NCBI GenBank assembly: GCA_905199855.1
Contig: CAJKHY010000003.1
Location: 6,823 to 70,822, forward strand
Reading direction: 5' to 3'
Length of the DNA: 64,000 nucleotides
Source of the DNA: an uncultured Clostridium sp.
Lineage (GTDB): Bacteria > Bacillota_I > Bacilli_A > RF39 > UBA660
This document shows positions 50,798-59,827 of the stretch, piece after piece. Position 1 is the stretch's first letter, and every line of letters begins with the position of its first letter. The notes beneath the pieces are model-generated. The model did not search any database. It had not been told where the DNA came from and saw nothing but the letters and a program-made list of their open reading frames with translations. The translations under genes were made by a program, and so were the position numbers.

Positions 50798-51223
50798 ATG
50801 ATTGTTAAGTATAATCAAAAGGAATTAGAGTTACTAGCTAGGTTAATGAGAGCTGAGGCACTGGGAGAAGGCAATCTTGGGATGTTAATGGTTGGTAATG
50901 TTGTTGTTAATAGGACAATTGCTGATTGTTTGATTTTTAAAGATATTCGTTCTTTAACTGATGCAATTTATCAAAATCCAGGTGGTTTTTCAGGTACTAG
51001 TAGTAGTCTTTTTACTGGGAATCCTACAGTTTTGGAAAAAGATTTGGCTCAAAGAGTAATACGTGGTGAATATTATTATCCTGCGACAAATGCTTTATGG
51101 TTTTATGCTCCTGCGAAAGGAACAAAATGTGGTAGTTCGTGGTGGGAGCAGGACTTTGCTGGGAGATATAAAAATCATTGTTTTTATAAACCTGATGCGG
51201 GTGTGTGTAAAGAACTTCACTAA
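50798..51223 (+). CDS. SleB/CwlJ-family cell wall hydrolase (Hydrolase_2 domain)
   Basis: LLARLMRAEALGEGNLGMLMVGNVVVNR signature; start at MIVKYNQ with AAAGGTGA RBS. Confidence 0.7.
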   Translation: MIVKYNQKELELLARLMRAEALGEGNLGMLMVGNVVVNRTIADCLIFKDIRSLTDAIYQNPGGFSGTSSSLFTGNPTVLEKDLAQRVIRGEYYYPATNALWFYAPAKGTKCGSSWWEQDFAGRYKNHCFYKPDAGVCKELH

Positions 51224-51274
51224 AATGTGTTAGTTTTTCTTTTTTTGTGGTATACTATTTATGAGGTAGATAAT

Positions 51275-53089
51275 ATGTGTGGAATAGTAGGCTTTAGTGA
51301 TAAAAGCAAAAATAAAGAAAAAATAATCAAAGATATGGCAAATAGAATTATTCATCGTGGTCCTGATAGTGATGGGTATTATGTTGATTCAAATGTGGCT
51401 TTAGGCTTTCGTAGGCTATCAATAATAGACCTTAATACTGGTAGTCAACCAATATATAATGAGAAGAAAAATAAAGTTATTATTTTTAATGGAGAAATTT
51501 ATAATTATCAGGAGATAAAAAAGAATCTTATAAAAAAAGGTTATAAATTTAAAACTAAGACGGACACAGAAGTAATTTTACATGGTTATGAGGAATATGG
51601 AGAAGATATTCTTATGAAATTAAGGGGAATGTTTGCTTTTGTTATTTATGATATAAAAACTGGTGAACTTTTTGGAGCTAGAGATTTTTATGGAATTAAG
51701 CCAATGTATTATTATTTTGACAATGATAGTTTCATGTTTGGGTCTGAAATTAAGAGTTTTTTAGCTCATCCTGGATTTAAAAAGGAATTGAATATAGATA
51801 TGCTTGATTATTATTTGACTTTTCAATATAGTGTATACCCTGAAACATTTTTTAAAAATGTTTATAAGTTATTGCCAGGGCATTATTTTAAGTATAAGGA
51901 TGGTAAACTTGATATTTTAAAATATTACGAATTAGAATTTGCACCTGATAATAGTAAAGATTTAAAATACTATGAGAAAGAGATTAATAGATTACTTGAT
52001 GATTCAATTAAGGTTCATAAGATAAGTGATGTTGAAGTTGGTAGCTTTTTATCTAGTGGTGTAGATTCTTCTTATATTGTAGCTAAGGCTGATGTTGATA
52101 AGACTTTTACTGTTGGTTGGGATAATACTAAGTATAGTGAAATTGATTATGCTAAGGATTTATCTAAAAATTTAAAAATAGATAATATTAGTAAAAAGAT
52201 AAGTAAGGAGGAATATTTTGCTAATTTCCCTAAAATTCAGTATTTTATGGACGAACCTTTAGCAGACCCTGCAGCGGTGGCTTTGTATTTCGTGGCAAAT
52301 GAAGCAAGTAAATATGTAAAGGTTGCTTTATCAGGGGAAGGCGCCGATGAAATATTTGGTGGATATAATATATATCATGAGCCATATTCTGTAAGTTCTT
52401 ATTATAAGATACCTTATGTTGTTAGAAGGTTTTTGGGTGTTTTAGTTTATCCTTTTAGGAAACACAGAGGCTTTAATTTTATATATAGAAGAAGTCATAA
52501 GTTAGAAGATAGATATGTAGGTAATGCTTTTATCTTTGATGAGGTTGAGAAAAAAAGAATTTTAAAAAACAAGAAAAAGGATTTATGTTTTAAGGATGTA
52601 ACTAAATATTATTATGAAAAATGTAAGGAATATGATGATGTTACTAAAATGCAGTATATTGATTTTAATACTTGGTTAATTGGTGATATTCTTCTTAAGG
52701 CAGATAAGATGTCAATGGCTAATTCCTTGGAGGTAAGGGTACCTTATCTTGATAGAGTTTTAATTGATACTATGAGAAAAATGCCAACAGAATATAAGAT
52801 TAAGGATGGACAAACTAAGTATGCTTTTCGTAATGTTGCTAAGAAGGAATTAGAGGATAAGGTTGCTAATAAGAAAAAATTAGGCTTTCCTGTTCCTATT
52901 AGAGTGTGGTTAAGAGAAAATGATACATATGAATTAATTAAGAAAACTTTTGAGAGTGATAATCAGTTCTTTAATAAAAAGGAAATAATGAAGCTTTTAG
53001 ATGAGCACTATAGAGGGAAAAGAGATAATAGTAGAAAAATATGGACTGTTTATACATTTTTAGTATGGTACCATGAGTACTTTTCGTAA
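51275..53089 (+). CDS. asnB: asparagine synthase (glutamine-hydrolysing), AsnB family
   Basis: N-terminal MCGIVGF nucleophile; SGGVDSS PP-loop; ~600 aa. Confidence 0.9.
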   Translation: MCGIVGFSDKSKNKEKIIKDMANRIIHRGPDSDGYYVDSNVALGFRRLSIIDLNTGSQPIYNEKKNKVIIFNGEIYNYQEIKKNLIKKGYKFKTKTDTEVILHGYEEYGEDILMKLRGMFAFVIYDIKTGELFGARDFYGIKPMYYYFDNDSFMFGSEIKSFLAHPGFKKELNIDMLDYYLTFQYSVYPETFFKNVYKLLPGHYFKYKDGKLDILKYYELEFAPDNSKDLKYYEKEINRLLDDSIKVHKISDVEVGSFLSSGVDSSYIVAKADVDKTFTVGWDNTKYSEIDYAKDLSKNLKIDNISKKISKEEYFANFPKIQYFMDEPLADPAAVALYFVANEASKYVKVALSGEGADEIFGGYNIYHEPYSVSSYYKIPYVVRRFLGVLVYPFRKHRGFNFIYRRSHKLEDRYVGNAFIFDEVEKKRILKNKKKDLCFKDVTKYYYEKCKEYDDVTKMQYIDFNTWLIGDILLKADKMSMANSLEVRVPYLDRVLIDTMRKMPTEYKIKDGQTKYAFRNVAKKELEDKVANKKKLGFPVPIRVWLRENDTYELIKKTFESDNQFFNKKEIMKLLDEHYRGKRDNSRKIWTVYTFLVWYHEYFS

Positions 53090-53111
53090 TATATTAAAGT
53101 AGGTGAAGTAG

Positions 53112-54704
53112 ATGTTAGGTTTTTATGTTAGTCTTTTGACTTATTTCTTATATGTGTTGATAAGGTATCGAAACGGACTTTATATGTTACAGCAAAATTC
53201 ATATAATGTAAGTAATAGATATATTAAGTGGATAGGGAAAAATGTTAAAAAGGTTTTTGTTTCTTGGGATTTTTTGTATGTTTTAGTTATTCCTTTTTAC
53301 TTTATTTTAGATATTAATTTCTTTTATTTGATTAATATAATGTTTTTTCTGTTCCTTTTTTATTTAGAGGGTAGTAAGATAAAAAGGATGCAAGTTAAGA
53401 AACCTTTTGTAGTTACTAGTCGTATTAAGAGATTAGTTTTAACAATTTTTGTAATATATTTATTTTTAAGTTTAGTTATATGGTTTAATTATAATCAAAA
53501 TGATATTGTATTTTATTATTTAATTTATTTGTTTTTAAGTTATATGTCTTATTTTGTTGTTTTTATTGCTAATATAATTAATAAACCAATAGAAAAATGT
53601 GTTTATTATTATTATAAAAATATGGCTTTAAAGAAGTTAAATGATAAAACTAATCTTATAAAAATTGGAATAACAGGTAGTTATGGGAAGACTAGTAGTA
53701 AGAATATATTAAATGAAATATTGAATGCTAAGTATAATTCTTTTGCTACGCCTAAGAGTTTTAATACTCCATATGGTCTTATGAATGCTATTAATAATTA
53801 TTTGGATAAGTTTGATAATGTTTTTATCGCGGAGATGGGTGCTTGTAAAATTGGTGATATTAAAGAATTATGTGATTTTATTAAACCTAGTTATGGTATT
53901 GTTACAAAAATAGGCGAAGCACATTTAGAAACGTTTAAGTCTTTAGAAAATACTACAATGGAAAAAATGAAGTTAATTGAATCTTTGCCTTGTGATGGAA
54001 TTGGTATTTTAAACGCGGATGATGAAAGGCAAGTAAGTTATCTCATTAAGAATAATTGTAAGATTATATGGATTGGTATTGATAATATAGATAAGGCGGA
54101 TGTTTTTGCTAGAAATATTAAGATAGATAATTTAAAAATGAGTTTTGATGTGGAATTTAAAAATAAGGAAAGTTATCATTTTGAAACTTCTATTCTTGGT
54201 AGGGCTAATATTTATAATATTTTGTCTGCAATTGCACTAGGAAGGGCATTAGGGGTGACTATTTGTGATATGCAAAGAGTGGTTAAATATTTAAAGCCAA
54301 CCGAACATCGTTTGAGTATTAAGAAACTTGGTAATATTACAATAATAGATGATGCGTTTAATTCTAATCCTGATGGGTCTAAAATGGCTTTGGAAGTATT
54401 AGATTTAATGAAGGGTGTTAAGGTAATTGTTACTCCTGGTATGATAGAATTGGGTAGTAAGCAATATGAGTTAAATTATTTATTTGGTAAATTTATAAGC
54501 GAAGTGTGTGATTATGTTATTTTAGTAGGTAAGGAGCAAACTAAACCTATATATGAAGGATTGATTGATAATAATTATTTAAAAGATAAGATATATGTAA
54601 TTAATGATGTAAAGGAATCTTTTGAGATAATTAATAAGATAGATGGTAAGAATAAGTATGTGCTTCTTGAAAATGATTTGCCTGATATATTTAATGAAAA
54701 ATAA
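53112..54704 (+). CDS. Mur ligase family protein (MurF-like central and C-terminal domains) with an N-terminal ~170-aa polytopic membrane domain
   Basis: 4-5 TM helices, then the GITGSYGKTSSKNIL P-loop and Mur ligase middle/C domains; no canonical MurF N-domain. Confidence 0.65.
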   Translation: MLGFYVSLLTYFLYVLIRYRNGLYMLQQNSYNVSNRYIKWIGKNVKKVFVSWDFLYVLVIPFYFILDINFFYLINIMFFLFLFYLEGSKIKRMQVKKPFVVTSRIKRLVLTIFVIYLFLSLVIWFNYNQNDIVFYYLIYLFLSYMSYFVVFIANIINKPIEKCVYYYYKNMALKKLNDKTNLIKIGITGSYGKTSSKNILNEILNAKYNSFATPKSFNTPYGLMNAINNYLDKFDNVFIAEMGACKIGDIKELCDFIKPSYGIVTKIGEAHLETFKSLENTTMEKMKLIESLPCDGIGILNADDERQVSYLIKNNCKIIWIGIDNIDKADVFARNIKIDNLKMSFDVEFKNKESYHFETSILGRANIYNILSAIALGRALGVTICDMQRVVKYLKPTEHRLSIKKLGNITIIDDAFNSNPDGSKMALEVLDLMKGVKVIVTPGMIELGSKQYELNYLFGKFISEVCDYVILVGKEQTKPIYEGLIDNNYLKDKIYVINDVKESFEIINKIDGKNKYVLLENDLPDIFNEK

Positions 54705-54722
54705 GATGTAGGATGTGATTTT

Positions 54723-56078
54723 GTGGTAATAACAGATTCTAGGAAAGTAAAAAAGGGAGATACTTTTTTGGCGCTTAGAGGGGTAGAAACTGATGGGCAT
54801 GATTATATTGTAAGTGCTATTAAAAATGGAGCATTTAAGGTAATATGTGAACATGGTAGTTATGATGTGGAAACAGTTGTTGTGGAGGACACGAGGAAGT
54901 ATTTAGCAGATTATTTGCATGATATGTATTATAATGAGTTGAAAGATGTTAAGTTTGTTGGGATAACTGGTACGAATGGTAAGACTACTACTGCTTATTT
55001 AGTTTATCAAATGTTAAATAAATTAAATTGTCCTACTGCTTATATTGGTACAATTGGTTTTTATATGGTGGATAGTTACAAAGAGACTCAAAATACTACA
55101 CCTGATTTGATGGAATTATATGAGATGTTTGATTTGTGTATTGAGAATAAGATTAAGGTAATTGTTATGGAAGTATCTAGTCATGCTTTAGAAATTGGAC
55201 GTTTGATGGGGATAGATTTTGATATTGTAGCTTTTACTAATTTAACCCAAGATCATTTGGATGTTCATGGTGCTTTTGAAAATTATATGAAGGCTAAGCA
55301 AAAGTTATTTTATAAGGTTAAAAATGGAGGTAAGGCTATTGTTAACATTGATGATGAATATGCAAGTAATTTTCTTATTAAAGGGAATAGCAATATAACA
55401 TTTGCTTTTAATAAGAGTGATTATCAAGTAATATCAAGTAAGTTATTAACTAATAAAACAGTATTTGATTTTAACTATAAGGATGTTATTTATAATGTGG
55501 AAGTTAATTTGCTTGGAAAATATAATATATATAATTATTTACTTGCTTTAATTATTGTTAATGGGCTTGGTTATGATATTAAAGAGATACTAGGTATTGA
55601 TGTAAGTTCTCCACCTGGAAGATTTGAAATAATTAATTATCAAGATAATGTTATTATAATTGATTATGCTCATACTCCTGATGCAATGGAAAATATATTG
55701 AAGTGTTGTAATGAATTAAAAAATGGTAATATTATTACTGTTATTGGATGTGGTGGTAAGCGGGATAAGACAAAAAGACCTATAATGGGCGAAATTGCCA
55801 CGAAGTATTCTAGTTATGCTATATTTACTGATGATAATCCTAGGTGTGAGGATTCAAAAGAAATTACAAATGATATTATAAGGAATTTAGATGTTAAGAA
55901 TTTTGAAGTAATTAATGATAGGTATGATGCTACAAAAAAAGCAATAAGTTTACTTAATCATAATGATATGTTACTTATTCTTGGAAAAGGACATGAGAAT
56001 TATCAAATAATAGGTAATGAGAAGATTCATTATAGTGATAAGGAAACTGTTTTGGAAATAATAAAAAATAGTAATTAG
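54723..56078 (+). CDS. murE: UDP-N-acetylmuramoyl-L-alanyl-D-glutamate--2,6-diaminopimelate ligase (MurE), DNPR type
   Basis: GITGTNGKTTT P-loop; DNPR motif (DDNPRCED) indicates meso-DAP specificity; GTG start. Confidence 0.85.
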   Translation: MVITDSRKVKKGDTFLALRGVETDGHDYIVSAIKNGAFKVICEHGSYDVETVVVEDTRKYLADYLHDMYYNELKDVKFVGITGTNGKTTTAYLVYQMLNKLNCPTAYIGTIGFYMVDSYKETQNTTPDLMELYEMFDLCIENKIKVIVMEVSSHALEIGRLMGIDFDIVAFTNLTQDHLDVHGAFENYMKAKQKLFYKVKNGGKAIVNIDDEYASNFLIKGNSNITFAFNKSDYQVISSKLLTNKTVFDFNYKDVIYNVEVNLLGKYNIYNYLLALIIVNGLGYDIKEILGIDVSSPPGRFEIINYQDNVIIIDYAHTPDAMENILKCCNELKNGNIITVIGCGGKRDKTKRPIMGEIATKYSSYAIFTDDNPRCEDSKEITNDIIRNLDVKNFEVINDRYDATKKAISLLNHNDMLLILGKGHENYQIIGNEKIHYSDKETVLEIIKNSN

Positions 56079-56089
56079 TGAGTTAATTA

Positions 56090-56755
56090 CTATTTTATTT
56101 CTCTTTTTAAGGATACAACTTTTCCTAATATCATGTCATTTGATACGACATTTATATTAATTGTTTGATATTTAGGATTTAAGGCTTGTAAGATAATGCC
56201 TTTAGGATATTTATATAGTCTACGTACAGCTAAAATGTTATTTTTAATAGCTATAACAATGTCGTCTCCGTTTTTGTAAGAATCTAATTTAACAATGTTA
56301 ACTTTATCATTTTTTAAATAGGCAGGCGCCATAGAATCGTCTATGACTTTGATAGTTAAATCACTTGCATTTGTAATAGGTTCATAAATAGCATTTTTGT
56401 AGGTTTCTATAATTTTTTCGATATATGGAGTTAAGTGTTTATCTTTTCTAGTACTATTTACGTAATCTTTAACAAATTTATGCTCGAATTTATTTTTAGT
56501 TTCTTTGTCAACAGGCATATTACTAATATCAATATCTTCGATGTTAAAAATGCGACATATTTCAAATAAAATGTTATAAGGAATATTTAATGTTCCATTT
56601 TCATATTTATGTAATGTTTGCCTGTTTTTTTGATAATTAAGTGCTTTAGCTAAATCTTCTAATGAATATCCAAACTTAATTCTAGCGTCTTTTATTTTTT
56701 GACAAATTATTGGTTTTAATTCATTAGATATTAGTTCTTCTTTGCTTGTTCTCAT
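56090..56755 (-). CDS. XRE-family HTH + S24 (LexA/CI-like) self-cleaving repressor
   Basis: N-terminal HTH (FGYSLEDLAKALNYQKNRQTLHKYENG); C-terminal DDSMAP…K peptidase S24 dyad. Confidence 0.7.
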   Translation of the reverse strand: MRTSKEELISNELKPIICQKIKDARIKFGYSLEDLAKALNYQKNRQTLHKYENGTLNIPYNILFEICRIFNIEDIDISNMPVDKETKNKFEHKFVKDYVNSTRKDKHLTPYIEKIIETYKNAIYEPITNASDLTIKVIDDSMAPAYLKNDKVNIVKLDSYKNGDDIVIAIKNNILAVRRLYKYPKGIILQALNPKYQTININVVSNDMILGKVVSLKREIK

Positions 56756-56768
56756 ATTGTTATACTCC

Positions 56769-57431
56769 TTAATCTTCTATTTTTTTACATATATATATTG
56801 CTCCTGTGCCAATTATACCCACGATGTATTTAATGATGGTAGTAATTATTACAGAAAAGACAAAAATTTTTATGTCGGCAAAAACAAGGTAGGCAATAAT
56901 TGAATATAAGACAGTATCTGTAAATTGGATGATTATGGTACTTATGAAGTTGCTAATCCATATTTTGTTTTTAGTTTTTCTTATTTGATAATATAGTTCA
57001 ATGTTTGCTAATATGGAAGCAATATATGCTATTACGAAAGCTATACATTTGATTATATCTAGTTTAAAAACATTTATAAATGCTTCGTTATTTTCTAAAT
57101 TAATATAACCTATGTTATAGTTATTTAACATAACTATAAGTAAATATGAGAAAATAAGCGACATAATAGAACAGATCACTATTTTTTTATTTTGTTCAGT
57201 TCCATATTTTTGAACTAGGATATTCATACAAATGAAATTAGATACATATGGGACAATACCAAGACTTACTTCATAATTAAATATAATGATGGTTTTGACA
57301 CTGAGAATGGTCGATGTAATTATAGATATTATTAACCAAAAGTAAAGACCATTTTTGCCATATAATTTATTTGCTATGATAAGTGCGGAAAACGTAACAA
57401 TAATTTCTATTAATAAAATTAATTCATTCAT
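56769..57431 (-). CDS. VUT/YhhQ-family (DUF165) membrane transporter, paralog 1
   Basis: 220 aa, 6 TM; QKYGTEQNKKIVI motif region; overlaps the upstream paralog by 4 nt. Confidence 0.55.
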   Translation of the reverse strand: MNELILLIEIIVTFSALIIANKLYGKNGLYFWLIISIITSTILSVKTIIIFNYEVSLGIVPYVSNFICMNILVQKYGTEQNKKIVICSIMSLIFSYLLIVMLNNYNIGYINLENNEAFINVFKLDIIKCIAFVIAYIASILANIELYYQIRKTKNKIWISNFISTIIIQFTDTVLYSIIAYLVFADIKIFVFSVIITTIIKYIVGIIGTGAIYICKKIED

Positions 57432-58093
57432 TTTTTCACCTTCTTTAATGTTAATATATAATATATAAAAGGTAAATAAAGAATTGATGTCATTAATTTA
57501 AAAGTATAAGTAGCAAGTACAACGTAAGTTACATTCATACTATTATTACCGAGGTAGATAATAGGCAAATATATGGCTGTATCAATTATGCTTATGATGA
57601 TAGTGGTTAAACAATTTTTAATAAATGGATTATCATAATATTCTTTAATGTATTTATATATAATAATTATTATATATTCACTTAATCCTAGCATTACTGT
57701 AAATAATATTAAGTTAAGGAAATTATTTTCTAATAGTTTAGTTAGATAAACAGAAGTGTTATCATAGATGCTTGGTCTGTATACTGAAGATATATAGAAG
57801 TAAAATATTGTTATTAGCATCGTGAAAATAGTAACTGAGACAACTTTTTTAGTTTCTTTTTTATTATACTTTTCTATTAGAATAAAAATACATATATAGA
57901 TAGAACTAAGAATTGGAAAAGCTCCATTAACATCAAAGTTGCATAAGGGCATCGTTCTAAATGATGCAATGAATGAAAATATTGTTGCAATGATAATCCA
58001 AAGATATAGACCATCATGACCAAGGTATTTGTAAAAAACGAATATTCCTGTCATGCATACTATAATTGTAACTAAAAAAAGTAATTCATTCAT
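57428..58093 (-). CDS. VUT/YhhQ-family (DUF165) membrane transporter, paralog 2
   Basis: 221 aa; N-terminus MNELLFLVTIIV vs MNELILLIEIIV in its neighbour; tandem duplication. Confidence 0.55.
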   Translation of the reverse strand: MNELLFLVTIIVCMTGIFVFYKYLGHDGLYLWIIIATIFSFIASFRTMPLCNFDVNGAFPILSSIYICIFILIEKYNKKETKKVVSVTIFTMLITIFYFYISSVYRPSIYDNTSVYLTKLLENNFLNLILFTVMLGLSEYIIIIIYKYIKEYYDNPFIKNCLTTIIISIIDTAIYLPIIYLGNNSMNVTYVVLATYTFKLMTSILYLPFIYYILTLKKVKK

Positions 58094-58264
58094 TTTAGCA
58101 CCTCTTTATTCTTTATAATCATTATAACATAGTTTTTATAGTTAGAGAACACTAAATTTGTAAAAAATTGATATTTTTGTTTTTAATAGGTTTGAATTTT
58201 AAAGTTGTTTTAAAAATTGTGTTATATATTTTTTGTTTTTTTCATATCTTATTTGGGGGATTAT

Positions 58265-58912
58265 ATGAAAATAATAGGTATTATTGCTAGACCAGATATG
58301 ACTAGTCAAAATAATTTTGTTATGGTTGCTAACAAAAAGTTATTAGAAGTTATTCAAAGATATAATGTTAATGTTATGGTGATTGTTCCACCGTGTAAAG
58401 ATAATTATATTGATTTTGATTATGAAGATGGACCTAAAATTACTGATTATGATTTTAATAAAATGTTAGATTTAATTAAGATGTGTAATGGTGTTATTTT
58501 ACAGGGTGGAGATGAGTTTTATGATTTTGATATTAAGGTTATAGATTATTTATATAAAAATGATATTCCTACATTAGGAATATGTCTTGGTATGCAAGCT
58601 ATGGCTTCTTATAAGGGAGGTAATTGTGTAAGATTAAATAATCATTATAAGATTAAGCACTCTATAAAGATAAGAAGAGATTCTAAGTTATATAGTATTT
58701 TGAAGAGTGAGAGAATAATGATATCTTCAAGGCATAATTATCAAGTAAAGGGTTCTTGTTTATTTGTAAATGCAATAAGTGAAGATAATGTTATTGAGGG
58801 ATTTGAGGATAATAGCAAAAGATTTTTTCTTGCTTGCCAATGGCACCCGGAAGAAGGTGATGATGTTTATCAAAGAAGGTTATTTCAAAGTTTTATAGAT
58901 AGTTTAGAATAA
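58265..58912 (+). CDS. class I glutamine amidotransferase-like / peptidase C26 (gamma-glutamyl hydrolase family)
   Basis: GICLGMQ nucleophile elbow; C-terminal WHPEE His-Glu. Confidence 0.7.
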   Translation: MKIIGIIARPDMTSQNNFVMVANKKLLEVIQRYNVNVMVIVPPCKDNYIDFDYEDGPKITDYDFNKMLDLIKMCNGVILQGGDEFYDFDIKVIDYLYKNDIPTLGICLGMQAMASYKGGNCVRLNNHYKIKHSIKIRRDSKLYSILKSERIMISSRHNYQVKGSCLFVNAISEDNVIEGFEDNSKRFFLACQWHPEEGDDVYQRRLFQSFIDSLE

Positions 58913-58949
58913 AATTAATATTTATACATAGAGTTTATTGGAGAGATAT

Positions 58950-59771
58950 ATGAGAAAAAAGATAATTGGACTACCTAGGGTATATTTATATTATAAGAAT
59001 AATAAGTTATGGCGAAATTTTTTTAATTATTTGGGGTGTAGTGTCTGTGTAAGTCCTAGTACTAATGAAGAAATACGGGAAATTGCAATAATATTTAATA
59101 TTGATACTAGTTATAATAATAAGATTTATATGAGTCATATTTTTTATTTGTTTAATAAATGTGATTATGTTTTAGTAGAAAATAATTATTTTTATCACGA
59201 TATAATGAGGGTGTTACCTAATATTTCAATGATTTTATATAAAGATTATGATAATTTGTTATTGGAGTTTTATTCTTTTTTGAAAATGGGTTTTAAGGTG
59301 AACAAGAATGTTTTAAGAATAGTTTATGCTTTTATTAGGGCTAAGCATAAGGAATCAAAGGGTAAGAGGATAGTTTTAAATAATCAAAATAATATGCTTT
59401 ATAAGGAGAATAAGAAGATTTTGATTGTTTCAATGTATGATAGTATTTATGATAGATATGTAGACGATTTAAGCTATAATTATATTCTTAATAATGATAT
59501 TAGTTTGATATATGCTAATGTTTTAAACAAAAAACTTGGTGTTAGTTATGCTAAGCATGTTAAAAATTATATTTATAATAAAAAGCTGTGTGGGGCAGTT
59601 TTTTATTATCGGGAGGCGGTTGATGGAATTATATTTTTAGATAATACGGAGATAAGTGATAAAATAGATAATTTTATGAAAGAGTATCAGATAAAGAAAA
59701 AATATTTGGTTGTTAATGGATATAATATGAGTGAAAAGATAGTTAATTTTATTGAGAGAGATATCTTGTAA
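58950..59771 (+). CDS. DUF2229-like protein (acyl-CoA dehydratase activase-associated family), tentative
   Basis: N-terminus KKIIGLPRVYLYYKNNKLWRNFFNYLGCSVCVSPSTNEEI resembles the IGIPRxLLYYExxPLWKTFFExLG signature of that family. Confidence 0.35.
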   Translation: MRKKIIGLPRVYLYYKNNKLWRNFFNYLGCSVCVSPSTNEEIREIAIIFNIDTSYNNKIYMSHIFYLFNKCDYVLVENNYFYHDIMRVLPNISMILYKDYDNLLLEFYSFLKMGFKVNKNVLRIVYAFIRAKHKESKGKRIVLNNQNNMLYKENKKILIVSMYDSIYDRYVDDLSYNYILNNDISLIYANVLNKKLGVSYAKHVKNYIYNKKLCGAVFYYREAVDGIIFLDNTEISDKIDNFMKEYQIKKKYLVVNGYNMSEKIVNFIERDIL

Positions 59772-59827
59772 CTTTGTATCTTTTTTTCTAAATTTGTGAT
59801 AAAATTATAATAGAAAGAAGGTATTAT

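Noticed and set aside
58094-58200. Possible preQ1-I riboswitch upstream of the VUT/YhhQ transporter operon (CUAUAAAAACUAUG tail resembles the preQ1-I 3' tail)
   Set aside because: The putative P1 stem is only 4 AU-rich pairs and the loop lacks the conserved elements. The segment lies upstream of the best -10 (TGTTATAAT, ~30 nt before the ATG), so it would not be in the transcript.
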